In this document: positions 17,586 to 26,951 of the stretch, piece by piece
Layout: each line of letters begins with the position of its first letter
Position numbering within the stretch: position 1 is the first letter of the stretch
DNA from: Acidobacteriaceae bacterium
Lineage (GTDB): Bacteria > Acidobacteriota > Terriglobia > Terriglobales > Acidobacteriaceae
Assembly: GCA_036510715.1 (NCBI GenBank)
Contig: DATCDL010000362.1
Coordinates: forward strand, 1 to 36,087
Reading direction: 5' to 3'
DNA length: 36,087 nucleotides
Made by a program: the position numbers and the translations under genes
Notes under the pieces: model-generated
Told to the model about the DNA's origin: nothing
The model's input: the letters and a program-made list of their open reading frames with translations, nothing else
The model's database searches: none

Positions 17586-18461
17586 ATGCCAACCCAGCTG
17601 ACGAGCTATGTCGTGATTACGCCTGTGAGGGACGAGGAGAAGCACCTTCAGGCAACGATCGAGAGCATGATTCAACAGACTGCATTGCCGAAACAATGGG
17701 TAATCGTGAATGACGGATCGAAGGATGCTACAGGACAGGTCATCGACGATTATGCGAAGCGTTACCCATGGATAAGAGCCGTCCACCGCCAGGACCGCGG
17801 ATTTCGCAAAGCAGGTGGCGGCGTTGTGGACGCATTCAATGACGGATGTCGGGCGTTGACATGTAGTGATTGGGATTTCATCGTCAAATTCGACGGTGAC
17901 CTAATCTTTGACGCCAATTATTTTGATAGATGTTTCGACGAGTTCCAGTGCGATAGCAAACTTGGGGTCGGAGGTGGAGTAATCTGCTATGTCGTCGCCG
18001 GAGAGAAAAGCTTCGAAGATGCACCAGCATTCCATGTTAGAGGAGCAACAAAAATTTACCGTAGGGCCTGTTGGAATACCATAGGAGGGCTTTTGCCGGT
18101 GCCGGGTTGGGACACAATGGATGAGGTGAAAGCCAATAGTCGCGGCTGGACCACAAGAAGCTTTCCGCATCTGCACCTTATTCACCAACGGGACACAGGT
18201 TCAGCGGACGGCCTCTGGCCGACACTTATTAAGTATGGTCGTGCCAACTACATCTGCGGGTATCATCCTCTCTTTATGATCGGAAAATGCTTGAAGCGTC
18301 TAGCACGAAGGCCTTACTTCATTGGCTCCGTTGGACTCGCGTACGGATTTGTCTCCGGATATCTGATGAAAGTTCCACAAGTTGATGACTCTGTGGCTGT
18401 TGAGTATCTTCGTCGTCAGCAAATCAGGCGAATTCTCGGGAAAGAAACGATGTGGAGATAG
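17586..18461 (+). CDS. Glycosyltransferase family 2
   Basis: YVVITPVRDEE, WVIVNDGSKD, KFDGD and GWDTMDE. ATG 17586 is the preferred start. Confidence 0.9.
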   Translation: MPTQLTSYVVITPVRDEEKHLQATIESMIQQTALPKQWVIVNDGSKDATGQVIDDYAKRYPWIRAVHRQDRGFRKAGGGVVDAFNDGCRALTCSDWDFIVKFDGDLIFDANYFDRCFDEFQCDSKLGVGGGVICYVVAGEKSFEDAPAFHVRGATKIYRRACWNTIGGLLPVPGWDTMDEVKANSRGWTTRSFPHLHLIHQRDTGSADGLWPTLIKYGRANYICGYHPLFMIGKCLKRLARRPYFIGSVGLAYGFVSGYLMKVPQVDDSVAVEYLRRQQIRRILGKETMWR

Positions 18462-18560
18462 AGGCGGGTTCTCCATGAGCTTCTCGAATCGAAAGGATTA
18501 GTTGACAGAGAGTCTGCTGACGCAGCGCGCTCGGTTGACATCATAATCTCTCTTCACATA

Positions 18561-19316
18561 ATGAACGTGGCAGGATTAGGTCCCATGACATCGAAAACCG
18601 AACAGGTAAGATCGTTGTTTGAGATTCCTCAAAAGTATCTCGACCCGAGACAGTACGACATTAGAATTCGGGTTGAGACTGTGCAGCAGTTCACTGATGC
18701 GTCGAAGTTCGAACGTGTATTGGATATTGGTTGTGGGGATGGCTCGATCTCTTTGCCCCTGCTGCCGTGCTGTAGCAAGCTCACGCTGCTGGACCTTTCC
18801 ACAAACATGCTCGATCTTGCATCTAAGCGTATCCCATCTGGTCGCGTGAACGATGTCGAACTGATAAGCGGGGATTTCATGGGTGCCAACTTTGAGCCTC
18901 AATCATTTGATCTCATTCTCTGCATTGGCGTTCTTGCACATGTGGATTCTCCGGCCGCCGTCATTGAGAGGGTGGCCCGGCTAGCAAAGCCAGGTGCTTG
19001 GGTGATTCTAGAGTTCACCGATAGCTTCCATTTGTGGGGTGTACCTGTCGTTCTGTATCAAAAGTCATTGGCGCTGCTTCGACCTGAACCGTACAAGCTA
19101 AATCGTCTTAAGAAACGTCAGGTGCTAGGCTTGTGTAGCTCTAATGGCCTCGGGGTATCAGCGGTCTACCGATATGGGTTACCGCCTCTCGGGTCTCACA
19201 AGCTTCTCAATCAGAGAAAGATGTACAGGTTGACTCGGTATTTGTTCGGCACTTCTGCCCGAAGCCAAAATGGCTGGATGGGGAACCAATTCATTTATCA
19301 GTTCAAGAAGTCGTAG
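18561..19316 (+). CDS. Class I SAM-dependent methyltransferase
   Basis: VLDIGCGDG, LDLSTNML, FDLILCIGVLAHV and LAKPGA. Confidence 0.9.
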   Translation: MNVAGLGPMTSKTEQVRSLFEIPQKYLDPRQYDIRIRVETVQQFTDASKFERVLDIGCGDGSISLPLLPCCSKLTLLDLSTNMLDLASKRIPSGRVNDVELISGDFMGANFEPQSFDLILCIGVLAHVDSPAAVIERVARLAKPGAWVILEFTDSFHLWGVPVVLYQKSLALLRPEPYKLNRLKKRQVLGLCSSNGLGVSAVYRYGLPPLGSHKLLNQRKMYRLTRYLFGTSARSQNGWMGNQFIYQFKKS

Positions 19317-19362
19317 CTAGTCTCTTCAACCACGTGAAGTCGAGCATACCTGGAGTTCACGA

Positions 19363-21168
19363 ATGTATGAAACCGAAGCAAATCGCAGGACTGAGTCAGA
19401 CCACGAGATCCCGCGAGATGTCTTGCGCAAATTTGGGGAACTGAGGAGAATCGGTCTGGAGCGCACGACCCTTCCCTGGAGCGAACACTGCACGGAGTGT
19501 GTTTGGCCTATCTGCTATTCGACCTGTGACCTTTATAGTCCACGCGAGGACCTCAAGTGCCGTCGCTTCGTCGAAGGAATGGTTAGAGTAGAGTGCTCCG
19601 ACGCGGTTAACTCATATCTGTTGAAGATCCAATTCAAGCGCTGGGGTAAACTACTGTCGCCAGGAAACGTGCACCTCCATTCAATCACACAGGCCGAACG
19701 AAGAGAACGACGGGATTACCAGATTGGGACGGTCCTGTATCAACTGCCCGTACCTCCGGGAATAAAGAGAGCAGTGACGGGTAAGAGATATAGCTTCAAG
19801 AAGAAGCTTGCCAGTCGGCCGGCAGGCGGTGGCCGTTTACCATCATCATTCCTGCTCGAGTGTTATAACCCTCAGTCGTATAGCATTCGACTCTCGCTAA
19901 CGATGAGGCCTGTTAACGAAGAAGATAAGGTACCGTTTCAGAAACTCATTGAGCTCACACCTGGCTATCATCAGGTGCGCGTGCCGATGAACGAAATCCA
20001 GCAAGTTCTGAACGTCCTTAATCCCTTCAATATAGAACTGATTCCTAATGATGTTGAGGATGGTACAACTCTTTATTTTGGCCTAATGGAGTTCGTACGG
20101 GAGGGTGGGCAGCTAGCAGACGAATTGAGAGGAATAAAATGCATAGTTTGGGACTTAGATAATACCCTTTGGGACGGCATTCTCGTTGAAGATGGTCCGC
20201 GCAATCTCAAGCTGAAACCCGAGATCACCGAGGTCATTCGGGAGCTAGATTCGAGAGGAATCTTGCACTCCGTCGCAAGTAAGAACGACCGGGACGACGC
20301 CATGCAAGTTCTCAAACAGTTCGAACTCGATGAATATTTCCTTTGCCCACAGATTTCGTGGGGGCCGAAGAGCGAAGGTATCAATGCAATCGCACGACAG
20401 TTGAACATTGGTAGAGACGCTCTCGCTTTTATAGATGATTCGCAATTTGAGTTAGAAGAAGTCAAGACCGTCTATCCTGAAGTTCGCGTTCTCAACGCGC
20501 TTCAATATCGATCTTTGCCCGAGATGAAGGAGTGCCAAGCGCCAGTTACTGCCGAGAGCAAGGAAAGACGGAAGTTGTATCAGGTTGAGGTGGAGCGGCA
20601 GAACCTTGGGGAAAGCTTCGGAAGCAATTACATCGCCTTCTTACGCCACTGCCAGATCAAGCTCACAATTGGCCCCATGACACAGAACAATATGGAGCGG
20701 GTGCATGAGCTAACTCAACGGACCAACCAAATGAATTTCTCTGGCAACCGCTACAATCGCCACGTTTTAGAAACCATACTCGCAACTCCGCATTTGGAGA
20801 CATGCGTCATCAACTGCGAGGATCTATTCGGCTCATATGGGATTGTCGGTTTTAGCATTATTGACATAAGAGAGCCTCGGATGACCGATTTGATGTTTAG
20901 TTGCCGGGTTCAGTCGAAACGGGTAGAGCACGCATTTCTCGGGCATATTATCCGGAAGTGTATTCGCGAGTCGGGCAGAGACTTCTTTGCGGACTTCCGC
21001 AAGACCTCGAGGAACGCTCCTTCCAGCAAAGTATTTGCCGACCTTGGGATGGAGGAGATAGGAGAATCGGAGGGCGTAAAATCGTTAGTGTTTCGTAAGA
21101 ACAAGCAGCTTAACGATGACGGAATAATCAGGATTATTGCGCAGGAATCTTCCTTGCGCGCGAATTAG
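19363..21168 (+). CDS. FkbH-like HAD-IIIC glyceryl-transferase/phosphatase with a Cys-rich N-terminal extension
   Basis: KCIVWDLDNTLWDG, SKND, ISWGPKS, FIDDSQFE, RVHELTQRTNQMN, FGSYGIVG and MFSCRV. Confidence 0.9.
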   Translation: MYETEANRRTESDHEIPRDVLRKFGELRRIGLERTTLPWSEHCTECVWPICYSTCDLYSPREDLKCRRFVEGMVRVECSDAVNSYLLKIQFKRWGKLLSPGNVHLHSITQAERRERRDYQIGTVLYQLPVPPGIKRAVTGKRYSFKKKLASRPAGGGRLPSSFLLECYNPQSYSIRLSLTMRPVNEEDKVPFQKLIELTPGYHQVRVPMNEIQQVLNVLNPFNIELIPNDVEDGTTLYFGLMEFVREGGQLADELRGIKCIVWDLDNTLWDGILVEDGPRNLKLKPEITEVIRELDSRGILHSVASKNDRDDAMQVLKQFELDEYFLCPQISWGPKSEGINAIARQLNIGRDALAFIDDSQFELEEVKTVYPEVRVLNALQYRSLPEMKECQAPVTAESKERRKLYQVEVERQNLGESFGSNYIAFLRHCQIKLTIGPMTQNNMERVHELTQRTNQMNFSGNRYNRHVLETILATPHLETCVINCEDLFGSYGIVGFSIIDIREPRMTDLMFSCRVQSKRVEHAFLGHIIRKCIRESGRDFFADFRKTSRNAPSSKVFADLGMEEIGESEGVKSLVFRKNKQLNDDGIIRIIAQESSLRAN

Positions 21169-21174
21169 ACCAAA

Positions 21175-21957
21175 ATGATGAGAGAAGAACTTGGGCTAAT
21201 TCGAAGGAAAGTGTTGTCATCAGTGTACCCGCGTCATGCTGCGTTGGGAACTCGCGGACCAATCATATCGTTTACCTTCGACGACTTCCCTCGGTCGGCC
21301 TTGACAGTTGGTGGACGCATACTTAACTCCTACGGACTTTGCGGCACTTACTATGCTTCTATTGGTCTGATGGATGGCGTAAATCATTTGGGTGATCAGT
21401 TTCGGCGCAAAGACCTAGACATCCTTCTGCGTGACGGCCACGAACTGGCAAGCCATACGTTCGCGCATATCTCATGTCGCAAGGTCTCGTGTTCTACATA
21501 CAGAGAAGACGTGAAAGAAGGCAGAAGAGCTATAGAAAGGATAACTGGGCGGCCGGATTTCGGTAATTTTGCATTTCCATTTGGGGCGGTCACGTTGAAT
21601 GCCAAGAGGTTGATCGGACAGGACGTGGTCAGTTCCAGGAGCATCTGGAGTGGTTGGAATGGTCCGCAGGTTGACCTCAATTTGCTGCGGGCCAACAGCC
21701 TATACGGTAATAGCGACAAATGCGCTCAAGTGAAGGAACTGATTCTGGAGAATGAGCGGCAAAAGAGTTGGCTCATTTTCTATTCTCATGATGTGTGTCC
21801 TGCACCGTCTCGATTTGGTTGTACGCCTGAGCTATTGCAATTCGCGATTTCGTTCGCATCAAGGCGGTGTGCGCGAATTGCGACGATAGCCGAGGTTGTA
21901 ACTGAATTAATTGCAAGCCCCCTAGACGAGGCTCGTGTTGCGGAAGCTTCGGCCTAA
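21175..21957 (+). CDS. Polysaccharide deacetylase (CE4/NodB family)
   Basis: ISFTFDDFP, GHELASHTFAH, FAFPFG and LIFYSHDV. Confidence 0.88.
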   Translation: MMREELGLIRRKVLSSVYPRHAALGTRGPIISFTFDDFPRSALTVGGRILNSYGLCGTYYASIGLMDGVNHLGDQFRRKDLDILLRDGHELASHTFAHISCRKVSCSTYREDVKEGRRAIERITGRPDFGNFAFPFGAVTLNAKRLIGQDVVSSRSIWSGWNGPQVDLNLLRANSLYGNSDKCAQVKELILENERQKSWLIFYSHDVCPAPSRFGCTPELLQFAISFASRRCARIATIAEVVTELIASPLDEARVAEASA

Positions 21958-22136
21958 TGTGAATTACTCAGAGCAGTTCTGGTGGGTCTTTAATTGGGCG
22001 GGTACAATTTTTTCTAGCTGTGCGATGAGACGCGCCCAAGTGCTTGTTCAAAGCGTATCTTTCGCTAAGTAGAAAGTTAGTTACTTACATTGACGGTCCA
22101 GGGTAGGGGCTGAGCGCGATCGCGGCACCGGAAGGA

Positions 22137-23123
22137 ATGTATAAAGTGAAATTGTCTATCGTGATTCTATGTTGGAACGATCACAGGGTCATAGTTGAGT
22201 GCTTACGTTCTATCTGCTCGCGAACCCATTCAATCGAGTTCGAGGTCATTGTTTCCGACAACGGATCAACTGATGGATCTCCGGAGCTCATAAGGGACGC
22301 GTTTCCTCAAATTCGCGTTATCAAGAACAACGCAAACCTGAGGTTTTCAAAGGGCAATAACGTTGGCATCCAGGCGAGCATAGGTGAATATATCTTGATC
22401 TTGAATCCGGACACGATTATCCACGAAGGCTCTTTAGATCGGTGGATTGAATTTGCCGAGCGGCATCCTGAAGCCGGAGGGTTTGGCTGTCGGGTCTTGA
22501 ATCTTGACGGGTCCTATCAGAGTTCGGCGCGACCGTTCCCAACGATCTGGCGCGGGTGGCTGGCAGCCCTCCGATTAGGAATTCTCGGTTATGTCTCCGA
22601 CGCTTTTATTTCCGAGGAATACATTCAATGGAAGGGCGACACCGAACGACTGATCGACTGGCACTCCGGATGTTGCCTGATGGTGCGTTCTGATCTGCTT
22701 AAGAGGTTAGGCGGCTTTGACGAGCAATTTCAATATTATTATGAAGACGTCGATCTGTGTCACCGTATCTGGGATGCTAACTACCCAATTGTCTTCACTC
22801 CCGAAGTGACCATCACGCATCTGGGGGGGCAGTCAACGATTGAACGATTTCCGATCGCATTTGAGCTGGACAAATACCGTAACCGCTACCGCTATTTTTA
22901 TAAGTATTTTGGCAGAAAAGGAGTTCGTCATTGTCGCCGATATTCGCTAGTGCGAATCTGGATTCGTCAGGTCGGATATCGACTCCTCTCGCTTGTGGAG
23001 CGTTCGGATCGACTCAGAAAGCGCCTCGATTTGTACAATGCTGCGATTGATTGGAACAGGCGCGTTGACCCGGTTCAGCTTGTGGAGAAGGGAGAGGAGC
23101 CCGAGTTGCAAAACGTTGCTTGA
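22137..23123 (+). CDS. Glycosyltransferase family 2 (WbbL/rhamnosyltransferase-like)
   Basis: SIVILCWN, VSDNGSTDGS, ILNPDT, SGCCLMVR and GGFDEQF..YYEDVDLC. Confidence 0.9.
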   Translation: MYKVKLSIVILCWNDHRVIVECLRSICSRTHSIEFEVIVSDNGSTDGSPELIRDAFPQIRVIKNNANLRFSKGNNVGIQASIGEYILILNPDTIIHEGSLDRWIEFAERHPEAGGFGCRVLNLDGSYQSSARPFPTIWRGWLAALRLGILGYVSDAFISEEYIQWKGDTERLIDWHSGCCLMVRSDLLKRLGGFDEQFQYYYEDVDLCHRIWDANYPIVFTPEVTITHLGGQSTIERFPIAFELDKYRNRYRYFYKYFGRKGVRHCRRYSLVRIWIRQVGYRLLSLVERSDRLRKRLDLYNAAIDWNRRVDPVQLVEKGEEPELQNVA

Positions 23124-23434
23124 TTAGCGAGTCAATCTCTGATACCGTAAGGGTAGCGTCGGAGATATGACCGATTCGATTTGGTATCCTTTTTGTGTGA
23201 TAGCTTCACCCGGCAGTATGTGTCAGTTGGAACGAGTGGTGGGTGGGCGTGAGACATTCGGTTCTTCCTATGCGGACGCCTTGAAAGCCGTATTCGTCTC
23301 CTGTGGAATTGTTGATTTTGTACGACGTTGAAAGTGCGACCTTTCCAACTCATGGACAGGGTAGGCCTGGATCATCTGCCTGCATGCGACGCCCCCATGC
23401 GAATCGAGCGGGATGCACTCGTACAAAATAGCCA

Positions 23435-25060
23435 ATGCCGCCCTTTTCGCTCTGTTTTTTACGCACGTTTCATTACACGTCTCAAGAGGTGATGTTTGTG
23501 TTCTCGAAAATGCCTGCTTTTGCTTCCCCCGGCCCGATTGTCTCAACGTCTTCTTATGCTTCCGAAGTTAGCATTCGATCGCAATTCCTTAGATACCTGA
23601 TCCTAATGATTGTTGCTTGCCTGTCGATTTCTCAGGCCTTTGCGGCATGCCATGCAGTTAGTCCCGCTGGTTCAGGTTCAAAGACCGGAGCCGATTGGAA
23701 TAACGCCCTCGCAGGTTTGCCTGGAACCCTGACGCGAGGCGACATCTACTACCTAGCTGATGGGGTCTACGGGAATCATCTCTCCATCACCGCGGGCCTG
23801 TCCGGAACGACCACAATTGAACTTCGAAAGGCTCAATCGTACGACAATGGATCCGCCTGTACGACATCAATTGCTGCGGGTTGGAATGCGTCGACAATGG
23901 GTTCGGCACAGGCCATCTGGCGCTCTACCGGATCGGGTGGGATTGTCAGTCTTGGTACCAGTGGTGGCTACCTGATTTTCAACGGGAATGGCAACAACGC
24001 AGGCACTAATGAAGTCGGTTGTGGTGGAGTTCAGGCGAATCCGCCATCAACAATGAAGGGAGCTTCCCCCACTCCCTCTGCCTGCGGAATTCTGATTGAT
24101 AACTCTACCTGCACTAGCACCGCGACCGATGGCTGCGATGGCGGGAGTGGCGTCATCAATGGCGGTGGAAGCGGGATCGTCTGGGAGTCAGTTGAATGGA
24201 AAGGTCAGGGACTCAACTCGAACGGTAATAACAATTCCGAAACATACTTCTGGTTTGCCAGCGGTGGGAGCCTCTCCGGTGTCAGAATTTCTCACAGCTA
24301 TTTGCACAATGCCAGCACGACCTACTTCACGGTCGTAAGTGGCGGCTGGAACGCGGGTAGTTTCGATCACAACTATGGATGGGGCATATTTGATGGCTCA
24401 GTCAACCATGGTGAGGCGGTGCAGCTTCAAGGATCGAATGGGCAGACAACCAAGGATGTCATTCATCACAACATCTTTCGCGACCAGCAGACCAACGGGG
24501 ACGTTGTAGCAGTGATTACGGGAACCGAGACCTACGACTTCTACGACAATGTAGACGTTTGTTCTGCGGGTGGTACGTCAACAACTTGTCGCCACAATGA
24601 TGGCGTAATTGGCTGCTTCAATAGTCAGACGTGTTCGGGAGTCAATGTCTTCAACAATACCTTTAGCGAACCCAGCAATTGCGGCTGGAACGTCACCGGC
24701 GGACCAAGTACGATGACGGTGAAGAATAATATATTCTTCAACTGCGGATCGGTGGGGATGTCTGGCGGAACGAACACAGTTGACTACAATTCCTACTTGA
24801 ACTCTAACCAGGGGACCGTCGGAGCACATGACGTGTCGATTGCAAGCGGCGCAACAAACCCATTTATTTCATTGGGCGTCGGCAATGTTCGACTCAATGT
24901 AGATGGGTCAAACTACAACAACCGCGCCAGCCTTGGCAGTCCCTATGACACCCTCGACCTCTATGGGAGCGCTTTCACGACTGACCGTGGCGCGGCGCAA
25001 ATCGGAGGTGCAACCCCAGCTCCTGCGACCAATTTGATCTACACGACTGTACCTCAGTAG
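23435..25060 (+). CDS. Secreted Gly/Asn/Ser/Thr/Cys-rich protein, probable right-handed beta-helix (pectate-lyase-like); true start probably downstream of 23435
   Basis: Signal-like LILMIVACLSISQAFA-A. GSGSKTGADWNNA and RGDIYYLADGVY are typical beta-helix N-caps. Asn-ladder motifs IHHNIF, VFNNTF, VKNNIF and DYNSY; DLYG...DRGA near the end. Confidence 0.65.
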   Translation: MPPFSLCFLRTFHYTSQEVMFVFSKMPAFASPGPIVSTSSYASEVSIRSQFLRYLILMIVACLSISQAFAACHAVSPAGSGSKTGADWNNALAGLPGTLTRGDIYYLADGVYGNHLSITAGLSGTTTIELRKAQSYDNGSACTTSIAAGWNASTMGSAQAIWRSTGSGGIVSLGTSGGYLIFNGNGNNAGTNEVGCGGVQANPPSTMKGASPTPSACGILIDNSTCTSTATDGCDGGSGVINGGGSGIVWESVEWKGQGLNSNGNNNSETYFWFASGGSLSGVRISHSYLHNASTTYFTVVSGGWNAGSFDHNYGWGIFDGSVNHGEAVQLQGSNGQTTKDVIHHNIFRDQQTNGDVVAVITGTETYDFYDNVDVCSAGGTSTTCRHNDGVIGCFNSQTCSGVNVFNNTFSEPSNCGWNVTGGPSTMTVKNNIFFNCGSVGMSGGTNTVDYNSYLNSNQGTVGAHDVSIASGATNPFISLGVGNVRLNVDGSNYNNRASLGSPYDTLDLYGSAFTTDRGAAQIGGATPAPATNLIYTTVPQ

Positions 25061-25150
25061 GTAGAACTTTTTTTCAGGAATCTCAGATGAATCCTCTCGA
25101 TTTGGTATCCCGTGTCAATGGTTATCGTACCGAGAGTATGTCGTGACGTC

Positions 25151-25190
25151 GGGCTAAGTTAAGCTCTGCGGCCAGCGCTTAACTTAGCCC
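25151..25190. other. Perfect 14-bp intergenic inverted repeat (stem-loop)
   Basis: GGGCTAAGTTAAGC (25151-25164) pairs with GCTTAACTTAGCCC (25177-25190), with a further CTG/CAG pair in the loop. There is no U-tract on either strand. Confidence 0.8.
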
Positions 25191-25342
25191 ACCATGACTG
25201 AATATGACATTTGAGGTTATTCATTCAGCTTTCCTTTCCGCTGGGCGTCTTACGTCGCCTCCCTTGATCAGGGAAAAGATCTTACGGCTAACTGGTTTTG
25301 GTCAGTAACGAAGGCTGGCCGTTTATACGATGGACAAATCAT

Positions 25343-26722
25343 ATGGAACCCGATCACTACCGCTTCGGAGGTGGCTCAGCTACCACCGTGCTTCATCCCA
25401 TAGTGGCGGTGGCGATGCTGCTTGCGATCATCCTTATTCTGCGCCTGCCACTCAAGAGGGTATTAGCACCACTGCTGCTTGCGATCTTCCTTATTCCAAA
25501 AGGGCAAGTTATAGTTCTGGCCGGCATACACTTAAATGCTTATCGAGTCATCCTGCTGGCGGGACTGGCTCGATGGGCAATCTCGAGACGATCGTCTCCA
25601 CTGGCTGGCGGGTTCAATTCCATTGACTGGTTGTTCACTTTGGCGGCCGTCTCTTTCTTCATCATTTTCTCACTCCAGTACATGGCGACACAGGCACTGA
25701 TTAAGGCTCTCGGGGATCTACTGGATGCGATGGCCGGCTATTTTGTCCTACGATTCCTGATCCGCGACCGGGAGAGTATCCGAGAAACAGTCAGAGTCTT
25801 TGCGCTCATTGCCATTATCGTAGGAATCTGCATGCTCAATGAGCAACGCACGGGGGTGAATGTCTTCGGGCTGCTTGGCGGCACTCTAAGCATCTCCGAA
25901 ACGCGGAACGGAGCCATTCGGTCGATGGGCCCGTTTTTACATTCGATACCCGCCGGAGCGTTTGGGGCAACACTTGTCCCATTGCTCATCTGGCTTTGGT
26001 CGGATGGGAAATTCCGAATATTAGCTGCACTCGGATTACTTGGGGCAACGGCCATGGCCGTCACTTGCCACTCCTCTACCGTGCTTGGTTGCTATGTTGC
26101 GGGTATTTTTGGCCTTTGCATGTGGCCTCTCCGTAACCAGATGCGCGTAATCCGATATGGACTTTTAATAGTGGTAATAGGCCTGCACTTGATCATGAAA
26201 GGCCCCGTCTGGTCGCTCCTGGAGCACATAGATTTGACAGGTTCATCGGAGAGTTTTCATCGTTATCAGCTCGTCGATACCTTCATTAGACATTTTAATG
26301 AGTGGTGGTTGTTGGGCACTCAGAACAATGGTTCCTGGGGTTGGGAAATGGCTGATACTTCCAATGAGTATGTGACATATGGCGTGGAGGGTGGGCTGCT
26401 AACTCTTGTTCTATTCATAGCTCTCATTTCGAAGTGCCTTGGAAAGCTTGGGACTAAACGAAAAATCGTCGCGGGCCACCGCGGTGAGGAATGGCTCTTC
26501 TGGTGCCTTGGGACTGCTATGTTTGCGCACTTGGTGGTCTTCATTGGAATTGATTATTTTGACCAAATGCTATTTGCTTGGTTTGCATTGTTGGCCATAA
26601 TCGCCACGGGCGTCTCTATACCCACAAAGGGGGGGAGACCAAGACTGATTACCCGAGGAGACCGTGACAGCCAGTTTGCCAACCACGAGTTCGACGAAGC
26701 ACTCCAAGTGTCCGGGTCTTGA
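25343..26722 (+). CDS. Wzy polymerase / O-antigen-ligase-like polytopic membrane protein
   Basis: About 11-12 hydrophobic segments; periplasmic motifs RNGAIRSMGPFLHSI, SSESFHRYQL, WWLLG and NEYV.YGVEGGL. ATG 25343 is the preferred start. Confidence 0.75.
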   Translation: MEPDHYRFGGGSATTVLHPIVAVAMLLAIILILRLPLKRVLAPLLLAIFLIPKGQVIVLAGIHLNAYRVILLAGLARWAISRRSSPLAGGFNSIDWLFTLAAVSFFIIFSLQYMATQALIKALGDLLDAMAGYFVLRFLIRDRESIRETVRVFALIAIIVGICMLNEQRTGVNVFGLLGGTLSISETRNGAIRSMGPFLHSIPAGAFGATLVPLLIWLWSDGKFRILAALGLLGATAMAVTCHSSTVLGCYVAGIFGLCMWPLRNQMRVIRYGLLIVVIGLHLIMKGPVWSLLEHIDLTGSSESFHRYQLVDTFIRHFNEWWLLGTQNNGSWGWEMADTSNEYVTYGVEGGLLTLVLFIALISKCLGKLGTKRKIVAGHRGEEWLFWCLGTAMFAHLVVFIGIDYFDQMLFAWFALLAIIATGVSIPTKGGRPRLITRGDRDSQFANHEFDEALQVSGS

Positions 26723-26951
26723 CCTCGATTATCCGCAATGATGTCTCCTCTGCCAACGCTTCAGCCAACTGTTCGGATGACTGAGTTGGCACAGTCGCAC
26801 GGCCCTCAATCGAGGGCCGGAGTAGCATTGCAGAAAAAAAGGCAATAGAAAAAGTAGAAGTCGAGCGACGCCTCCACGGTAACAATGGCTATGAAATCTC
26901 TGATCAGATTCTCCTGACAAGGTTTGTATTTCTTGAAGGCGGACAAATTTT

